Shown one piece after another: positions 1 to 9,392 of a stretch of 51,714 bases of DNA. The DNA is taken from IMG/VR virus record IMGVR_UViG_3300021389_000035, positions 1 through 51,714 of that record; one strand, written 5' to 3'. The notes beneath the pieces were generated by a model, which was given only the letters and a program-made list of their open reading frames with translations, did no database searches and was not told the DNA's origin. Both the position numbers and the translations under genes were made by a program. Source of the stretch: a virus. How positions within the stretch are numbered: the stretch's first letter is position 1; each line of letters starts with the position of its first letter.

Positions 1-2
1 AG

Positions 3-260
3 TACTATAATGGTAAGATGGATCAAAAAGAGTTACTTGCTACTGGATGGGATTTAGATCCATTCGATGGACTCAAAGTACTCAAGGGTGACATGGATTT
101 GTATTATGATGCAGATCCTGAGATTCAAAAGTCCGAAGAGAAGATACAATACTATAATACAATTATAGATACATTGAAAGAAATCGTTCAAAGTCTTAAC
201 TGGCGACACCAAACGATTGGTAACATGATTCGATATAGGGCATTTGAAGCGGGTGCATAA
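3..260 (+). CDS. uvsY: UvsY-like recombination mediator, 5'-truncated by window edge
   Basis: Frame is open to the window start (YYNGKMDQKELL...). The C-terminus ...NWRHQTIGNMIRYRAFEAGA resembles the T4 UvsY ending ...MRAFEAGK, and it lies next to uvsW. Confidence 0.75.
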   Translation, partial: YYNGKMDQKELLATGWDLDPFDGLKVLKGDMDLYYDADPEIQKSEEKIQYYNTIIDTLKEIVQSLNWRHQTIGNMIRYRAFEAGA

Positions 261-424
261 TGCGACAGTATGATGATGAAGATGTAGATAAAGCAAACTG
301 GTTACACGAACATGGCATGTGTGTAGACTTTAACATGATTGACTTAGCAAAGAGACTGTATGAACAAAGACAACACGATACGGGTGAGAATGTTAAACCA
401 TTCTTATCTGGCGATAGAGAGTAA
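260..424 (+). CDS. small hypothetical protein (54 aa), uvsY-uvsW intergenic type
   Basis: ATG overlaps the uvsY stop; MRQYDDEDVDKANWLHEHGMCVDFNMIDLAKRLYEQRQHDTGENVKPFLSGDRE. Below the ORF-track cutoff. Confidence 0.6.
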   Translation: MRQYDDEDVDKANWLHEHGMCVDFNMIDLAKRLYEQRQHDTGENVKPFLSGDRE

Positions 425-1871
425 CGCACACCAAGAAATGGAGTTGCGGGAATTCTTTGCGTTTTTTGTTCCCGGCTACAAATATATGCCGGCATACAAA
501 CGTAAGGTTTGGGACGGTCGTGTGAAACTTTATAACACAGTGACAAAAAGTCTTAATGTTGGACTGTACCATCATCTGCGTAAATTCTGTGGTGATAGAT
601 TCTATCCTTTACAGATACTAGAACACGAAGAGTATGGTATTCCTAGTTCAACTACCAAGGTGAATCATCCCGAGTTGGTCAACTACCTAGGAAACCTCGG
701 TAGTCCGTTCGATACGAGAGATTACCAGTACGAAGCGATATCCCATGGTATTGAAAACAAGCGGTGTTTATTACTATCTCCAACCGGCAGCGGCAAGAGT
801 TTTATTATATACAATTTATTGCGGTTTGTCAAGGATAAAGAAAACGTAGGTAAAGTTTTAGTTATTGTTCCTACAACAAGTCTGGTAGAACAGATGTATA
901 AAGACTTCATCGACTATGGTTATGACGTGGAGAATGAATGCCACAGGATCTACTCTGGTAAGGAGAAGGTTACTGATAAAGACGTTATCATCTCTACATG
1001 GCAGTCGATCTATAAGTTTGGCCCCGAGTGGTTCGAACAATTCGATGCAGTGTTTGGTGATGAAGTGCATCTATTCAAGGCAAAGTCTCTATCTACTATG
1101 ATGGATAAATGTGTTAATGCTAAGTATAGATTCGGTACTACCGGTACACTAGATGGTACCGAGACGAACAAACTTGTACTTGAGGGTTTGTTTGGCCCTG
1201 TATATAAGGTTACTACTACTGCAAAGTTGCAAGAAGAGAAAACACTTGCTGATCTAGAGATCTCGATTCTTCTTCTGAGGTATCACAATGATATCTGTCA
1301 ACGGATGAAGGACAAGACCTATCAGGAAGAAATTGACTACATAGTTACAAATGAACGAAGGAATAAGTTCATCACTAAACTTACAAAAGACCTAGATGGT
1401 AATAGTTTGGTCATGTTTCAGTTCGTAGAAAAACACGGTAAGGTTTTATACGAAATGATTAAAGACGCGGTATCTGATACCAACCGGAAAGTGTTCTATG
1501 TTTCTGGTGAAGTTGATGCGACTGACCGTGAGAAAATTAGGGGAATAGTGGAGAAAGAAAATGATGCAATTATTGTCGCTAGTTTGGGGACTTTTAGTAC
1601 TGGTATCAATATTAGGAATCTGCACAATATTGTTTTTGGGACTCCATCAAAGTCTCAAGTCAAAGTACTTCAGTCAATCGGACGTGGACTCAGACAATCC
1701 GACAACGAAGCAGTGACCAAGTTATTTGATATCGCTGACGACTTCTCTGTAAAAGGACACCGTAACTTTACTTTAAACCATTCGGGTGAACGTGTTAAGA
1801 TGTACACGAAAGAGGGTTTTAAGTATAAGATATATAAGATAGACCTAAAAGGAAACGATGATGATATATGA
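360..1871 (+). CDS. uvsW: UvsW-like SF2 RNA/DNA helicase
   Basis: Walker A SPTGSGKSF, GDEVH box, TGTLDG, SIGRGLRQ motif VI; N-terminal domain resembles T4 UvsW. Confidence 0.95.
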   Translation: MNKDNTIRVRMLNHSYLAIESNAHQEMELREFFAFFVPGYKYMPAYKRKVWDGRVKLYNTVTKSLNVGLYHHLRKFCGDRFYPLQILEHEEYGIPSSTTKVNHPELVNYLGNLGSPFDTRDYQYEAISHGIENKRCLLLSPTGSGKSFIIYNLLRFVKDKENVGKVLVIVPTTSLVEQMYKDFIDYGYDVENECHRIYSGKEKVTDKDVIISTWQSIYKFGPEWFEQFDAVFGDEVHLFKAKSLSTMMDKCVNAKYRFGTTGTLDGTETNKLVLEGLFGPVYKVTTTAKLQEEKTLADLEISILLLRYHNDICQRMKDKTYQEEIDYIVTNERRNKFITKLTKDLDGNSLVMFQFVEKHGKVLYEMIKDAVSDTNRKVFYVSGEVDATDREKIRGIVEKENDAIIVASLGTFSTGINIRNLHNIVFGTPSKSQVKVLQSIGRGLRQSDNEAVTKLFDIADDFSVKGHRNFTLNHSGERVKMYTKEGFKYKIYKIDLKGNDDDI

Positions 1872-2247
1872 TTTAAAACAAGTGAAACAACTCAAGTTAT
1901 CCACTGGTGAAGAGATCATGTGTGAGATCCTTGAGGAAGATGATTATGATCTTATTATTAGAAATCCTCTTACCATCCAGTTTGCGCAAACCGAAGATGG
2001 CCAGAGAATGTGGTCGTTCCGTTTGTTCATGTGTTATCAGGATGATCCGGATAGATTCATTCTTTTGAAGTTGGATAAGATTGTCAGTATCGCTAATCCA
2101 GTTGACGAAATTTTGAAACAGTATGTTCAAGCAGTTGATTCTATCATGGATTATGAAGGTACTGAACCAGAGTATGACGATGAGTTTGTTTCGATGGATA
2201 GTGACTCACCTAATAACATTTTAAAGTTCCCTACAACCATTCACTAA
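1858..2247 (+). CDS. hypothetical protein with Sm-like (LSm/Hfq-type) N-terminal pattern
   Basis: LKLSTGEEIMCEILEEDDYDLIIRNPLTIQF is similar in layout to an Sm1 motif; weak. Confidence 0.4.
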   Translation: MMIYDLKQVKQLKLSTGEEIMCEILEEDDYDLIIRNPLTIQFAQTEDGQRMWSFRLFMCYQDDPDRFILLKLDKIVSIANPVDEILKQYVQAVDSIMDYEGTEPEYDDEFVSMDSDSPNNILKFPTTIH

Positions 2248-2320
2248 ACGTTACATTGACTGGGGGGCAGACAACATGCTTATTTTATCATATAAATTTT
2301 AATATGGCAAGGATTATTTT

Positions 2321-2776
2321 ATGAAAGTTGGTTTTACCTGTTCTGCATTTGATCTGTTACATGCAGGTCACGTTCAGATGTTGCGTAATGCAAAAGAACA
2401 ATGTGATTATCTTATTGTGGGTCTACAGACAGATCCTAGCGTAGACCGTTCCGATAAGAACTCCCCTATCCAGACCATCGTTGAACGATACAGTCAACTC
2501 AATGCCTGTAAGTATGTCGATGAGATTATCCCCTATACCACAGAGTCAGACTTGGAAGATATCTTATCCATGTGTCATATCGATGTTCGTATATTGGGGG
2601 AGGAATACAAGGACATGGATTTTACGGGAAAGGATATCGGTAAAAAACGTGGTATCCAACTTTACTTCAATGAAAGGTCTCACAGATTTTCTTCTAGTGA
2701 TTTGAGAAAGAGAGTTGAGAAGGCTGGGACTTTAAATATTTTAAAAACAAACCTTGACATTCCCGACCCATTTTAG
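2321..2776 (+). CDS. cytidylyltransferase-like nucleotidyltransferase
   Basis: CSAFDLLHAGHVQML (HxGH) and FSSSDLRKR motif. Confidence 0.85.
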   Translation: MKVGFTCSAFDLLHAGHVQMLRNAKEQCDYLIVGLQTDPSVDRSDKNSPIQTIVERYSQLNACKYVDEIIPYTTESDLEDILSMCHIDVRILGEEYKDMDFTGKDIGKKRGIQLYFNERSHRFSSSDLRKRVEKAGTLNILKTNLDIPDPF

Positions 2777-2808
2777 TATAATAGGGTAAATATAAAGTGA
2801 GAGTACCA

Positions 2809-3393
2809 ATGAAACCTAAAGATAGACCGCATTATGTAAACAATAAAGAGTTCTCCTTAGCGGTAGTAGACTACTGTGAAAGTGTACAGAATGCCACCGA
2901 AAACGGTGATGAACGTCCGATGATTAACGATTATATCGCATCGTGTTTTCTGAAGATCGCAGAAGGACTTTCACACAAGTCCAACTTTGTTCGTTACACT
3001 TACCGTGAAGAGATGGTCATGGATGCAGTAGAAAACTGTCTCAAGGCTATCGAGAACTATGACATCACTAAAGTTACTCGCACCAACGCACCCAATGCTT
3101 TCGCATACTTTACACAGATCTCTTGGTACGCATTCCTCCGAAGAATCCAGAAAGAAAAGAAACAACAAGACATTAAGATGAAGTATATCGCAGAAGCGGA
3201 CGTGAGTATGTTTGTTGATGAATCTGCTGATGGTGAATCTTATGGACAACATGTCGTGGAAGGATTACGGCATCGAATTGATACTGTTAAAGATGCGGAT
3301 AAACAGTTCAAAGACTATGTTAAAGAAGAAAAGAAACAACGGAAGAGACGTGCAGTTAATGTCGATTCTGATCTTAGTGATTTTCTTACTTGA
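2809..3393 (+). CDS. 55: late-transcription sigma factor gp55 (track ORF starts 2797 GTG; ATG at 2809)
   Basis: MKPKDRPHYVNNKEF... NAFAYFTQISWYAFLRRIQKEKKQQ, gp55-like, adjacent to gp47/46. Confidence 0.9.
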   Translation: MKPKDRPHYVNNKEFSLAVVDYCESVQNATENGDERPMINDYIASCFLKIAEGLSHKSNFVRYTYREEMVMDAVENCLKAIENYDITKVTRTNAPNAFAYFTQISWYAFLRRIQKEKKQQDIKMKYIAEADVSMFVDESADGESYGQHVVEGLRHRIDTVKDADKQFKDYVKEEKKQRKRRAVNVDSDLSDFLT

Positions 3394-3418
3394 CAGACTG
3401 ATCTTTATCATGTATAAT
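3390..3418 (+). promoter_or_regulatory. sigma70-type promoter, TTGACA-17-TATAAT
   Basis: Perfect -35 (3390-3395) and -10 (3413-3418), 17 bp spacer; overlaps the gp55 stop, upstream of gp47. Confidence 0.85.
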
Positions 3419-3448
3419 AGTAACATCTATTAATAAAATGAGTATTAT

Positions 3449-4513
3449 ATGAAGCTGGCTATACTGAACGACACTCATGCAGGGTGTCGTAATTCTTCTG
3501 ATATCTTTATGGGTTACCAAGAACGTTTCTATTCGGAGGTGTTCTTCCCGTATCTGTTGGAGAATAATATCACCCAGATTCTCCATCTCGGAGATTACTA
3601 CGACAATCGTAAGACTATCAACTTCAAAGCACTTGCGCATAACCGTAAGATCTTTCTGGAGAAGTTGAGAGAGTATGGTATCACGATGGATATCATTCCG
3701 GGCAACCACGATGTGTACTATAAGAATACCAATGAGTTGAACGCGTTGAAGGAACTCCAAGGTCACTACATGAATGAGGTTAACCTTATCATGGAACCGA
3801 CTACTATGGAGTATGGTGGACTGAAGGTTGCAATGGTTCCTTGGATCAATCCCGAGAATGAGAAATCTACTCTGGAATTCCTGAAGACTACCAAGGCAGA
3901 AGTCGTGGGTGCACACCTTGAACTTGCAGGATTCGAGATGGCTCGTGGTCAAGTCTGTAAGGATGGTATGGATAAGTCTGCGTTTGATCGGTTCGAAACT
4001 GTATTGACCGGACACTTTCATGCAAAATCTTCGCAGGGTAATATCCATTACCTTGGTGCACAGATGGAATTCTTCTGGAATGATTGCGGTGACCCTAAAC
4101 ACTTCCATGTCCTTGATACCAAAACAAGAGAACTGGAAGCAGTCCATAACCCAATCACTATCTACGAGAAGATTTACTACGACCACGAGAAGATGGATGA
4201 TTGGAAGTTCAAGGATATGTCTTACTTAGATAATAAGTTTGTCAAGATTATAGTGAACAATAAGGGTGATGCTCTACAGTTCGAACGTTTTGTGGATCGT
4301 GTACAACAACAGAAGATTCATGAACTGAAGATTGCAGAAGACTTCAAAGATTTCCTTGGTGAGAATGTGGGTGACGAAAACATATCTGTTGACGATACTC
4401 ATACTTTAGTCAACGATTATATTGACAATGTTAATACTGATCTGAATAAGGATAGAATCAAAACAGAGATTTCGTACCTTATGAAAGAAGCTCAGAGTAT
4501 GGAAGTAATTTAA
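3449..4513 (+). CDS. 47: recombination endonuclease subunit gp47 (SbcD/Mre11-like)
   Basis: NDTHAG, GDYYDNR, PGNHD, GHFHAK metallophosphatase motifs. Confidence 0.95.
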   Translation: MKLAILNDTHAGCRNSSDIFMGYQERFYSEVFFPYLLENNITQILHLGDYYDNRKTINFKALAHNRKIFLEKLREYGITMDIIPGNHDVYYKNTNELNALKELQGHYMNEVNLIMEPTTMEYGGLKVAMVPWINPENEKSTLEFLKTTKAEVVGAHLELAGFEMARGQVCKDGMDKSAFDRFETVLTGHFHAKSSQGNIHYLGAQMEFFWNDCGDPKHFHVLDTKTRELEAVHNPITIYEKIYYDHEKMDDWKFKDMSYLDNKFVKIIVNNKGDALQFERFVDRVQQQKIHELKIAEDFKDFLGENVGDENISVDDTHTLVNDYIDNVNTDLNKDRIKTEISYLMKEAQSMEVI

Positions 4514-4514
4514 C

Positions 4515-4543
4515 TTGACAACCTGTGACTAATGGTGTATAAT
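4515..4543 (+). promoter_or_regulatory. sigma70-type promoter, TTGACA-17-TATAAT
   Basis: -35 4515-4520, -10 4538-4543, spacer 17. Confidence 0.85.
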
Positions 4544-4550
4544 ACCCTTT

Positions 4551-6272
4551 ATGATAAAATTTAAACAACTTCGATATAAAAACTTCCTGTCATCTGGTAA
4601 TGCCTTTACAGAGATAGACTTTACTGCATCCTCTACGACATTGGTCGTGGGTCATAATGGTGCGGGTAAGTCTACTATGTTGGACGCATTATCCTTTGGT
4701 TTGTTTGGTAAACCTCACCGTAAGATCTCTAAAGGACAACTGGTCAATACCATTAATGGTAAAGGAACAGTTGTTGAAGTTGAGTTCTCTATGGGTTCAC
4801 AGGAATATAAGATTGTTCGTGGGATAAAACCTAACATATTCGAAATCTGGGTTGGTGGCAATATGATCAACCAAGACTCTCATGCAAAAGAATATCAGTC
4901 TATGCTTGAGAAGAATATACTAAAACTTACCCACAAATCTTTTCACCAGATTGTTGTTCTCGGATCAAGTTCCTTTGTTCCGTTTATGCAGTTGACCGGT
5001 GGTGCGAGACGTGAGGTAATCGAGGATCTTCTCGACATCAATATCTTCTCTAAGATGAATAGTATTCTGAAAGAAAAGATGTCTGTGTTGAGAGATCAGA
5101 TAACCACGAATGGTTACAACATAGAGATGTGTAAGACTAAGATAAACTCACAGAAGAAGTATCTACGTGATTTGTCTGCAATCAACACAGCACATCGTAA
5201 AGAGAAAGAGTCAGAGATTGAGGCTAACCAGACTGAGATTGAGTTTCTTCAGGGATACAATACTGAACACATGGAGATTGTGACGACACAACTAGAAGAC
5301 GTGTCGAAGAAAATCGAAGGTATAAACTCCAATCGTAACAAACTGATCGAGTACCAATCGACCTTCAAATCACAGATTAAGACTGTGGTTAAGGAAGCGA
5401 AGTTCTTTGACGAGAACGAACACTGTCCTACCTGTGACCAAGGTATTGCCGAAGACCTACGTGAGTCCAAGAAGGTATCTGCGAAGTCACGTGCAAAGGA
5501 ACTGAACTCTGCAATGTCTAAGTCAACTCAACAGATGGGGACTTACGATGAACAACTTGTAGAACTCCATAGTCGGTTAGAAGAGGCCAAGACTTTACAG
5601 AACAATGTGAATAACAATAACCAGATGATTGCTAGGTTATACAAACAGAATGATAGTATTCGTTCTGATATGGATTCACAGTCAGAAACCACCGGCGACC
5701 TCAAGAGTGCTAACGAAGAGTTAGAGACTTTGAACACCGAACTGCACAAAACTCAGGACGAGAAGTATATCCTTGCTGAACAGTACTCGTACAACCAAGT
5801 GAATGCTGAGTTGTTACGTGATACCGGCATCAAGACCAAGATCATCAAACAGTACATTCCGGTCATCAATCAACTGACCAACCAGTACCTACAGATCTTG
5901 GACTTCTTTGTACATTTCGATCTGGACGAGAGTTTTCAAGAGACTATCCGGTCACGTTTCCGTGATAACTTCTCTTACGATTCTTTCTCGGAAGGTGAGA
6001 AACAACGAATCGATTTGTCTCTATTGTTTACGTGGAGACAGATTGCTAAGATGAAGAATTCAGTCGCAACCAATCTATTGATTTTGGACGAGACTTTTGA
6101 TTCATCATTAGACGATGATGGGGTTGACAATCTTATGAAAATCCTGTATAGTCTAGGGGAAGAGACAAACGTTTTTGTTATCTCTCACAAGTCGGAACTT
6201 GAGGATGCTCAATTCCAACGTAAACTGGAATTTGTTAAAGAGAAAAACTTTTCCAAATTAAAAGCTGCATAA
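4551..6272 (+). CDS. 46: recombination endonuclease subunit gp46 (SbcC/Rad50-like)
   Basis: Walker A GHNGAGKST, CPTCDQG zinc hook, FSEGEKQRIDLSLLF signature, LLILDETFDSSLD Walker B. Confidence 0.97.
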   Translation: MIKFKQLRYKNFLSSGNAFTEIDFTASSTTLVVGHNGAGKSTMLDALSFGLFGKPHRKISKGQLVNTINGKGTVVEVEFSMGSQEYKIVRGIKPNIFEIWVGGNMINQDSHAKEYQSMLEKNILKLTHKSFHQIVVLGSSSFVPFMQLTGGARREVIEDLLDINIFSKMNSILKEKMSVLRDQITTNGYNIEMCKTKINSQKKYLRDLSAINTAHRKEKESEIEANQTEIEFLQGYNTEHMEIVTTQLEDVSKKIEGINSNRNKLIEYQSTFKSQIKTVVKEAKFFDENEHCPTCDQGIAEDLRESKKVSAKSRAKELNSAMSKSTQQMGTYDEQLVELHSRLEEAKTLQNNVNNNNQMIARLYKQNDSIRSDMDSQSETTGDLKSANEELETLNTELHKTQDEKYILAEQYSYNQVNAELLRDTGIKTKIIKQYIPVINQLTNQYLQILDFFVHFDLDESFQETIRSRFRDNFSYDSFSEGEKQRIDLSLLFTWRQIAKMKNSVATNLLILDETFDSSLDDDGVDNLMKILYSLGEETNVFVISHKSELEDAQFQRKLEFVKEKNFSKLKAA

Positions 6273-6275
6273 GGG

Positions 6276-6304
6276 TTGACAAACGTTGCCCAATGTTATA
6301 TAAT
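6276..6304 (+). promoter_or_regulatory. sigma70-type promoter, TTGACA-17-TATAAT
   Basis: -35 6276-6281, -10 6299-6304, spacer 17; upstream of gp45. Confidence 0.85.
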
Positions 6305-6333
6305 GACTGTATATTAACTGAGAGAACTAAATC

Positions 6334-7011
6334 ATGGAACTATCTGATCGTACCTTATCGGTACTTAAAAACTTCGCAAACATCAATTCTAACATTGTGT
6401 TTCGTGAAGGCAATGAACTAAAAACTATTTCGGTCGCAAAGAACATTCTTGCAAAAGTTACCCTAGATGACGATATCCCATCCACCTTCGGTATCTACGA
6501 CCTTAATGAATTCCTTAGTGTGTTGGGTCTAGTTGAGAAACCCGCACTAAGATTCGAAAAGACTCACGTAGTAGTCTCTGACTCTACCGGTCTTCGTGGT
6601 AACCGTTACTTCTATTCTGACATTGATATGTTGTCTGCACCTAGTAAAGATGTCATCATGCCAGAACCAGAAGTTAAGTTTACCCTAGATACTGATACAT
6701 TGAGTCGATTGAAGCGTGCGTCCTCTGTCCTAGGACACGATACTATCTCTATCACCCCCGAAGGTAAGTCTATCAAACTTACTGTGGTTGATAACGATGA
6801 CGCAACTTCTAATAGTTTCTTCTCATATGTTGAAGGAGAGTTCCAAGAAGGAGTTGATTTCAACTTTGTCCTGAATGTGAACAACTTGAAGATTGTTTCC
6901 GAAGACTTTGAGGTTGGTATTTCTAAGAAATTGATCTCTAACTTTAAGTCGAAACAATCGTCCATTGAATATTTTATTGCACTTGAAAAATCATCTACCT
7001 ACGGAGTATAA
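6334..7011 (+). CDS. 45: sliding clamp gp45
   Basis: MELSDRTLSVLKNFANINSNIVFREGNELKTISVAKNILAKV..., between gp46 and gp44. Confidence 0.93.
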   Translation: MELSDRTLSVLKNFANINSNIVFREGNELKTISVAKNILAKVTLDDDIPSTFGIYDLNEFLSVLGLVEKPALRFEKTHVVVSDSTGLRGNRYFYSDIDMLSAPSKDVIMPEPEVKFTLDTDTLSRLKRASSVLGHDTISITPEGKSIKLTVVDNDDATSNSFFSYVEGEFQEGVDFNFVLNVNNLKIVSEDFEVGISKKLISNFKSKQSSIEYFIALEKSSTYGV

Positions 7012-7014
7012 GAA

Positions 7015-7233
7015 ATGAGTAACAAAGAAAAGGCACCAACACCACCAGTTAAAGACGAACGTATCGCAGTACTGTTAGACCTCGCTAATCGAGTCTCACG
7101 ATCTACTGTCGCAGTAATCGATACTGTAGTACAACGTGGTGGCTTCAAAGGTGAAGAATTGTCTACGATTGGTCAGTTGCGAGATCAAGCAATTGAATCT
7201 ATCCAACTAGTTGAACAGTTACAAGACCAGTAA
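7015..7233 (+). CDS. hypothetical protein (72 aa)
   Basis: ATG shortly after the gp45 stop; tight operonic position. Confidence 0.65.
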   Translation: MSNKEKAPTPPVKDERIAVLLDLANRVSRSTVAVIDTVVQRGGFKGEELSTIGQLRDQAIESIQLVEQLQDQ

Positions 7234-7241
7234 CCAACTAA

Positions 7242-7318
7242 GCGTTTGTCGTCTAATTGGATAAGGCATCCGCCTTCTAAGCGGATTATTGCAGGTTCGA
7301 GTCCTGCCAGACGCGCCA
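7242..7318 (+). tRNA. tRNA-Arg (anticodon TCT), CCA encoded
   Basis: Acceptor GCGTTTG/CAGACGC pairs; anticodon stem-loop TCCGC-CTTCTAA-GCGGA; T arm GCAGG-TTCGAGT-CCTGC; ends GCCA. Confidence 0.95.
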
Positions 7319-7324
7319 AATAAT

Positions 7325-7398
7325 GCGGGTGTAGTATAGTGGTATTGCAGCGGGTTTCCGACCCGCGAACGGGAGTTCGATTCTCTCCACCCGCTCCA
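7325..7398 (+). tRNA. tRNA-Gly (anticodon TCC), CCA encoded
   Basis: Acceptor GCGGGTG/CACCCGC; anticodon stem-loop GCGGG-TTTCCGA-CCCGC; T arm with TTCGATT; ends TCCA. Confidence 0.95.
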
Positions 7399-7417
7399 TA
7401 TTATTATAGGAGAATGA

Positions 7418-7948
7418 ATGTTGTTTAAAACATATATCCCCGATGTTGTACACCATATGCGGGAACGTGATGAATCTATTGGAGGAGACAATCCTTACAA
7501 ATGGGTTCGTAAGATGACAAGTGAATTGCTTGGAGGGAAGAAGGTTATCGTCTTTGGATTGCCTGGCGCATTTACTCCTACTTGCACTAATGAACAACTA
7601 CCCAACTTCGAACGACTCCATGACGAGTTTGTTGCAGAAGGTATTGAAGAGATCTGGTGCACTTCGGTGAACGATGCATTCTCGATGAACAAGTGGGCCA
7701 AAGACCTTGGTATTATCAAGGTGAAGATGTTACCTGACGGTAACGGTCAGTTTGCAGATGGTATGGGTTACTTAGTTGATAAGTCCAATCTAGGGTTCGG
7801 CAAACGTTCTTGGCGTTACGCACTAGTCATTGATAACATGAGTACTGAACGTTGGTTCGATGAAGACGGTATGTCTGACAATTGTCCGGACGACCCATAC
7901 GAAGTATCTAATCCACAGAATGTCCTTGATACAATACGAAACAGTTAA
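7418..7948 (+). CDS. peroxiredoxin/redoxin (Prx5-like)
   Basis: FGLPGAFTPTCTNEQLPNFERL (PxxxTxxC peroxidatic Cys motif). Confidence 0.88.
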   Translation: MLFKTYIPDVVHHMRERDESIGGDNPYKWVRKMTSELLGGKKVIVFGLPGAFTPTCTNEQLPNFERLHDEFVAEGIEEIWCTSVNDAFSMNKWAKDLGIIKVKMLPDGNGQFADGMGYLVDKSNLGFGKRSWRYALVIDNMSTERWFDEDGMSDNCPDDPYEVSNPQNVLDTIRNS

Positions 7949-7953
7949 TATTA

Positions 7954-7974
7954 CCCCCCGAAAGGGGGGTTTTT
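7954..7974 (+). terminator. rho-independent terminator
   Basis: CCCCCC-GAAA-GGGGGG-TTTTT directly after the peroxiredoxin stop. Confidence 0.93.
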
Positions 7975-7976
7975 GA

Positions 7977-8005
7977 TTGACAATGAAACACAGGTGTGTT
8001 ATAAT
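7977..8005 (+). promoter_or_regulatory. sigma70-type promoter, TTGACA-17-TATAAT
   Basis: -35 7977-7982, -10 8000-8005, immediately after the terminator and upstream of gp44. Confidence 0.88.
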
Positions 8006-8022
8006 TACCTGTAAATTAAATT

Positions 8023-8973
8023 ATGGAGCAATACATGAAAGATGAATTCTTATGGGTCGAGCGGTTTCGTCCACAGAAAGTATCAGACACTATCCTGTCG
8101 TCTGACCTAAAAGTAACATTCCAAAAGATCGTAGATGGTGGTGAACTACCTAACATGTTGTTCTCTGGTACTGCGGGTACTGGTAAGACGACTATCGCAC
8201 GTGCCATGTGTGACGAACTTGGTCTTGACTATATTGTCATCAACGGATCTGAAGAGGGTAACATTGATACTCTTCGTGGTAAGATCAAACAGTTTGCATC
8301 CTCGGTATCACTGTCCGGTGGTTACAAGGTTGTTATCCTAGATGAGGCTGACTATCTCAATCCTCAATCTACCCAACCCGCTCTCCGTGGGTTTATCGAG
8401 GAGTTCTCTAATAACTGTCGGTTCATTCTGACATGTAACTTCAAGAACCGTGTAATCGAACCACTACACAGTCGTTGTTCTAATTATGAGTTTAACTTCT
8501 CTAAGAAGATTATGCAACAGTTGTGCGGTCAGTTTATGGTACGTGCACAGGATATTCTGGAAGGTGAGAATGTCAACTATAACAAAGATGTACTTGCGCA
8601 GTTGATTATGAAACACGCACCGGACTGGAGACGTGTTCTGAATGAACTACAACGACACAGTATCTCTGGTCAGTTGGAAACTACGTCTATTATCACTGAC
8701 GCAAACTCAAACTACAGTCTTTTATTCAAGGCGCTGAAGGGTAAAGACTTCAAGAAGATGCGTGGGTGGGTCGTTAACAATATGGATGTGGAACCCGCAT
8801 CTATCTTCCGTGGTATATACGATGCAATGTCCGAGTATGTACAACCCCAATCTATTCCGCAACTGGTGTTGATCCTCGCTGATTATCAATACAAGAATTC
8901 TTTTGTTGCGGATCACGAACTAAATCTGGTCGCATGTATGACCGAAATTATGGCTAATGTAGAGGTGAAATGA
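8023..8973 (+). CDS. 44: clamp loader ATPase gp44
   Basis: GTAGTGKTT Walker A, ILDEADYLNPQ Walker B, CNFKNRVIEPLHSRC sensor/SRC motif. Confidence 0.95.
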   Translation: MEQYMKDEFLWVERFRPQKVSDTILSSDLKVTFQKIVDGGELPNMLFSGTAGTGKTTIARAMCDELGLDYIVINGSEEGNIDTLRGKIKQFASSVSLSGGYKVVILDEADYLNPQSTQPALRGFIEEFSNNCRFILTCNFKNRVIEPLHSRCSNYEFNFSKKIMQQLCGQFMVRAQDILEGENVNYNKDVLAQLIMKHAPDWRRVLNELQRHSISGQLETTSIITDANSNYSLLFKALKGKDFKKMRGWVVNNMDVEPASIFRGIYDAMSEYVQPQSIPQLVLILADYQYKNSFVADHELNLVACMTEIMANVEVK

Positions 8974-9392
8974 TGAGTGATTTTCAAACAGAAGTAGAAG
9001 ATTTTATGTTAATTGGCGGACAGGAATATCCTTGTTCTCAGGGTTGTCACCTATATGAAGACCCTAAAGATAATGACGACCAAGTTCAACTGTATATGGA
9101 TCTAATTACCGAAGAGTATAATGAGACCCTTGAAGCATATAGGGACGGTGATATCGTAGAACTCGCAGATGGTCTTGCGGATATGGTATGGGTTATCATG
9201 GGTATGGCGTCAAGTCTTGATATCGATTTCGAAGATGTGTGGGAAGAAGTTAAACGATCCAATATGTCTAAGTTTGTTGATGGTGTTGCGATTCGTAACC
9301 CCGAGACAGGTAAGATTATGAAACCGGATACTTTCTCCGAACCAGATATTGCGAGAGTGTTGGGTAGCCAAATCTGTAACGCACGTGTGTAA
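8970..9392 (+). CDS. MazG-like nucleotide pyrophosphohydrolase
   Basis: ITEEYNETLEAYRDGDIVELADGLADMVWVIMG: EExxE...ExxD pattern. Confidence 0.8.
   Translation: MMSDFQTEVEDFMLIGGQEYPCSQGCHLYEDPKDNDDQVQLYMDLITEEYNETLEAYRDGDIVELADGLADMVWVIMGMASSLDIDFEDVWEEVKRSNMSKFVDGVAIRNPETGKIMKPDTFSEPDIARVLGSQICNARV

Noticed and set aside
7219-7491. Minus-strand 90-aa ORF (MSPPIDSSRSRIWC...)
   Set aside because: It is antisense across the two tRNA genes and peroxiredoxin start; the arginine/serine-rich text reflects tRNA complement, not a protein.
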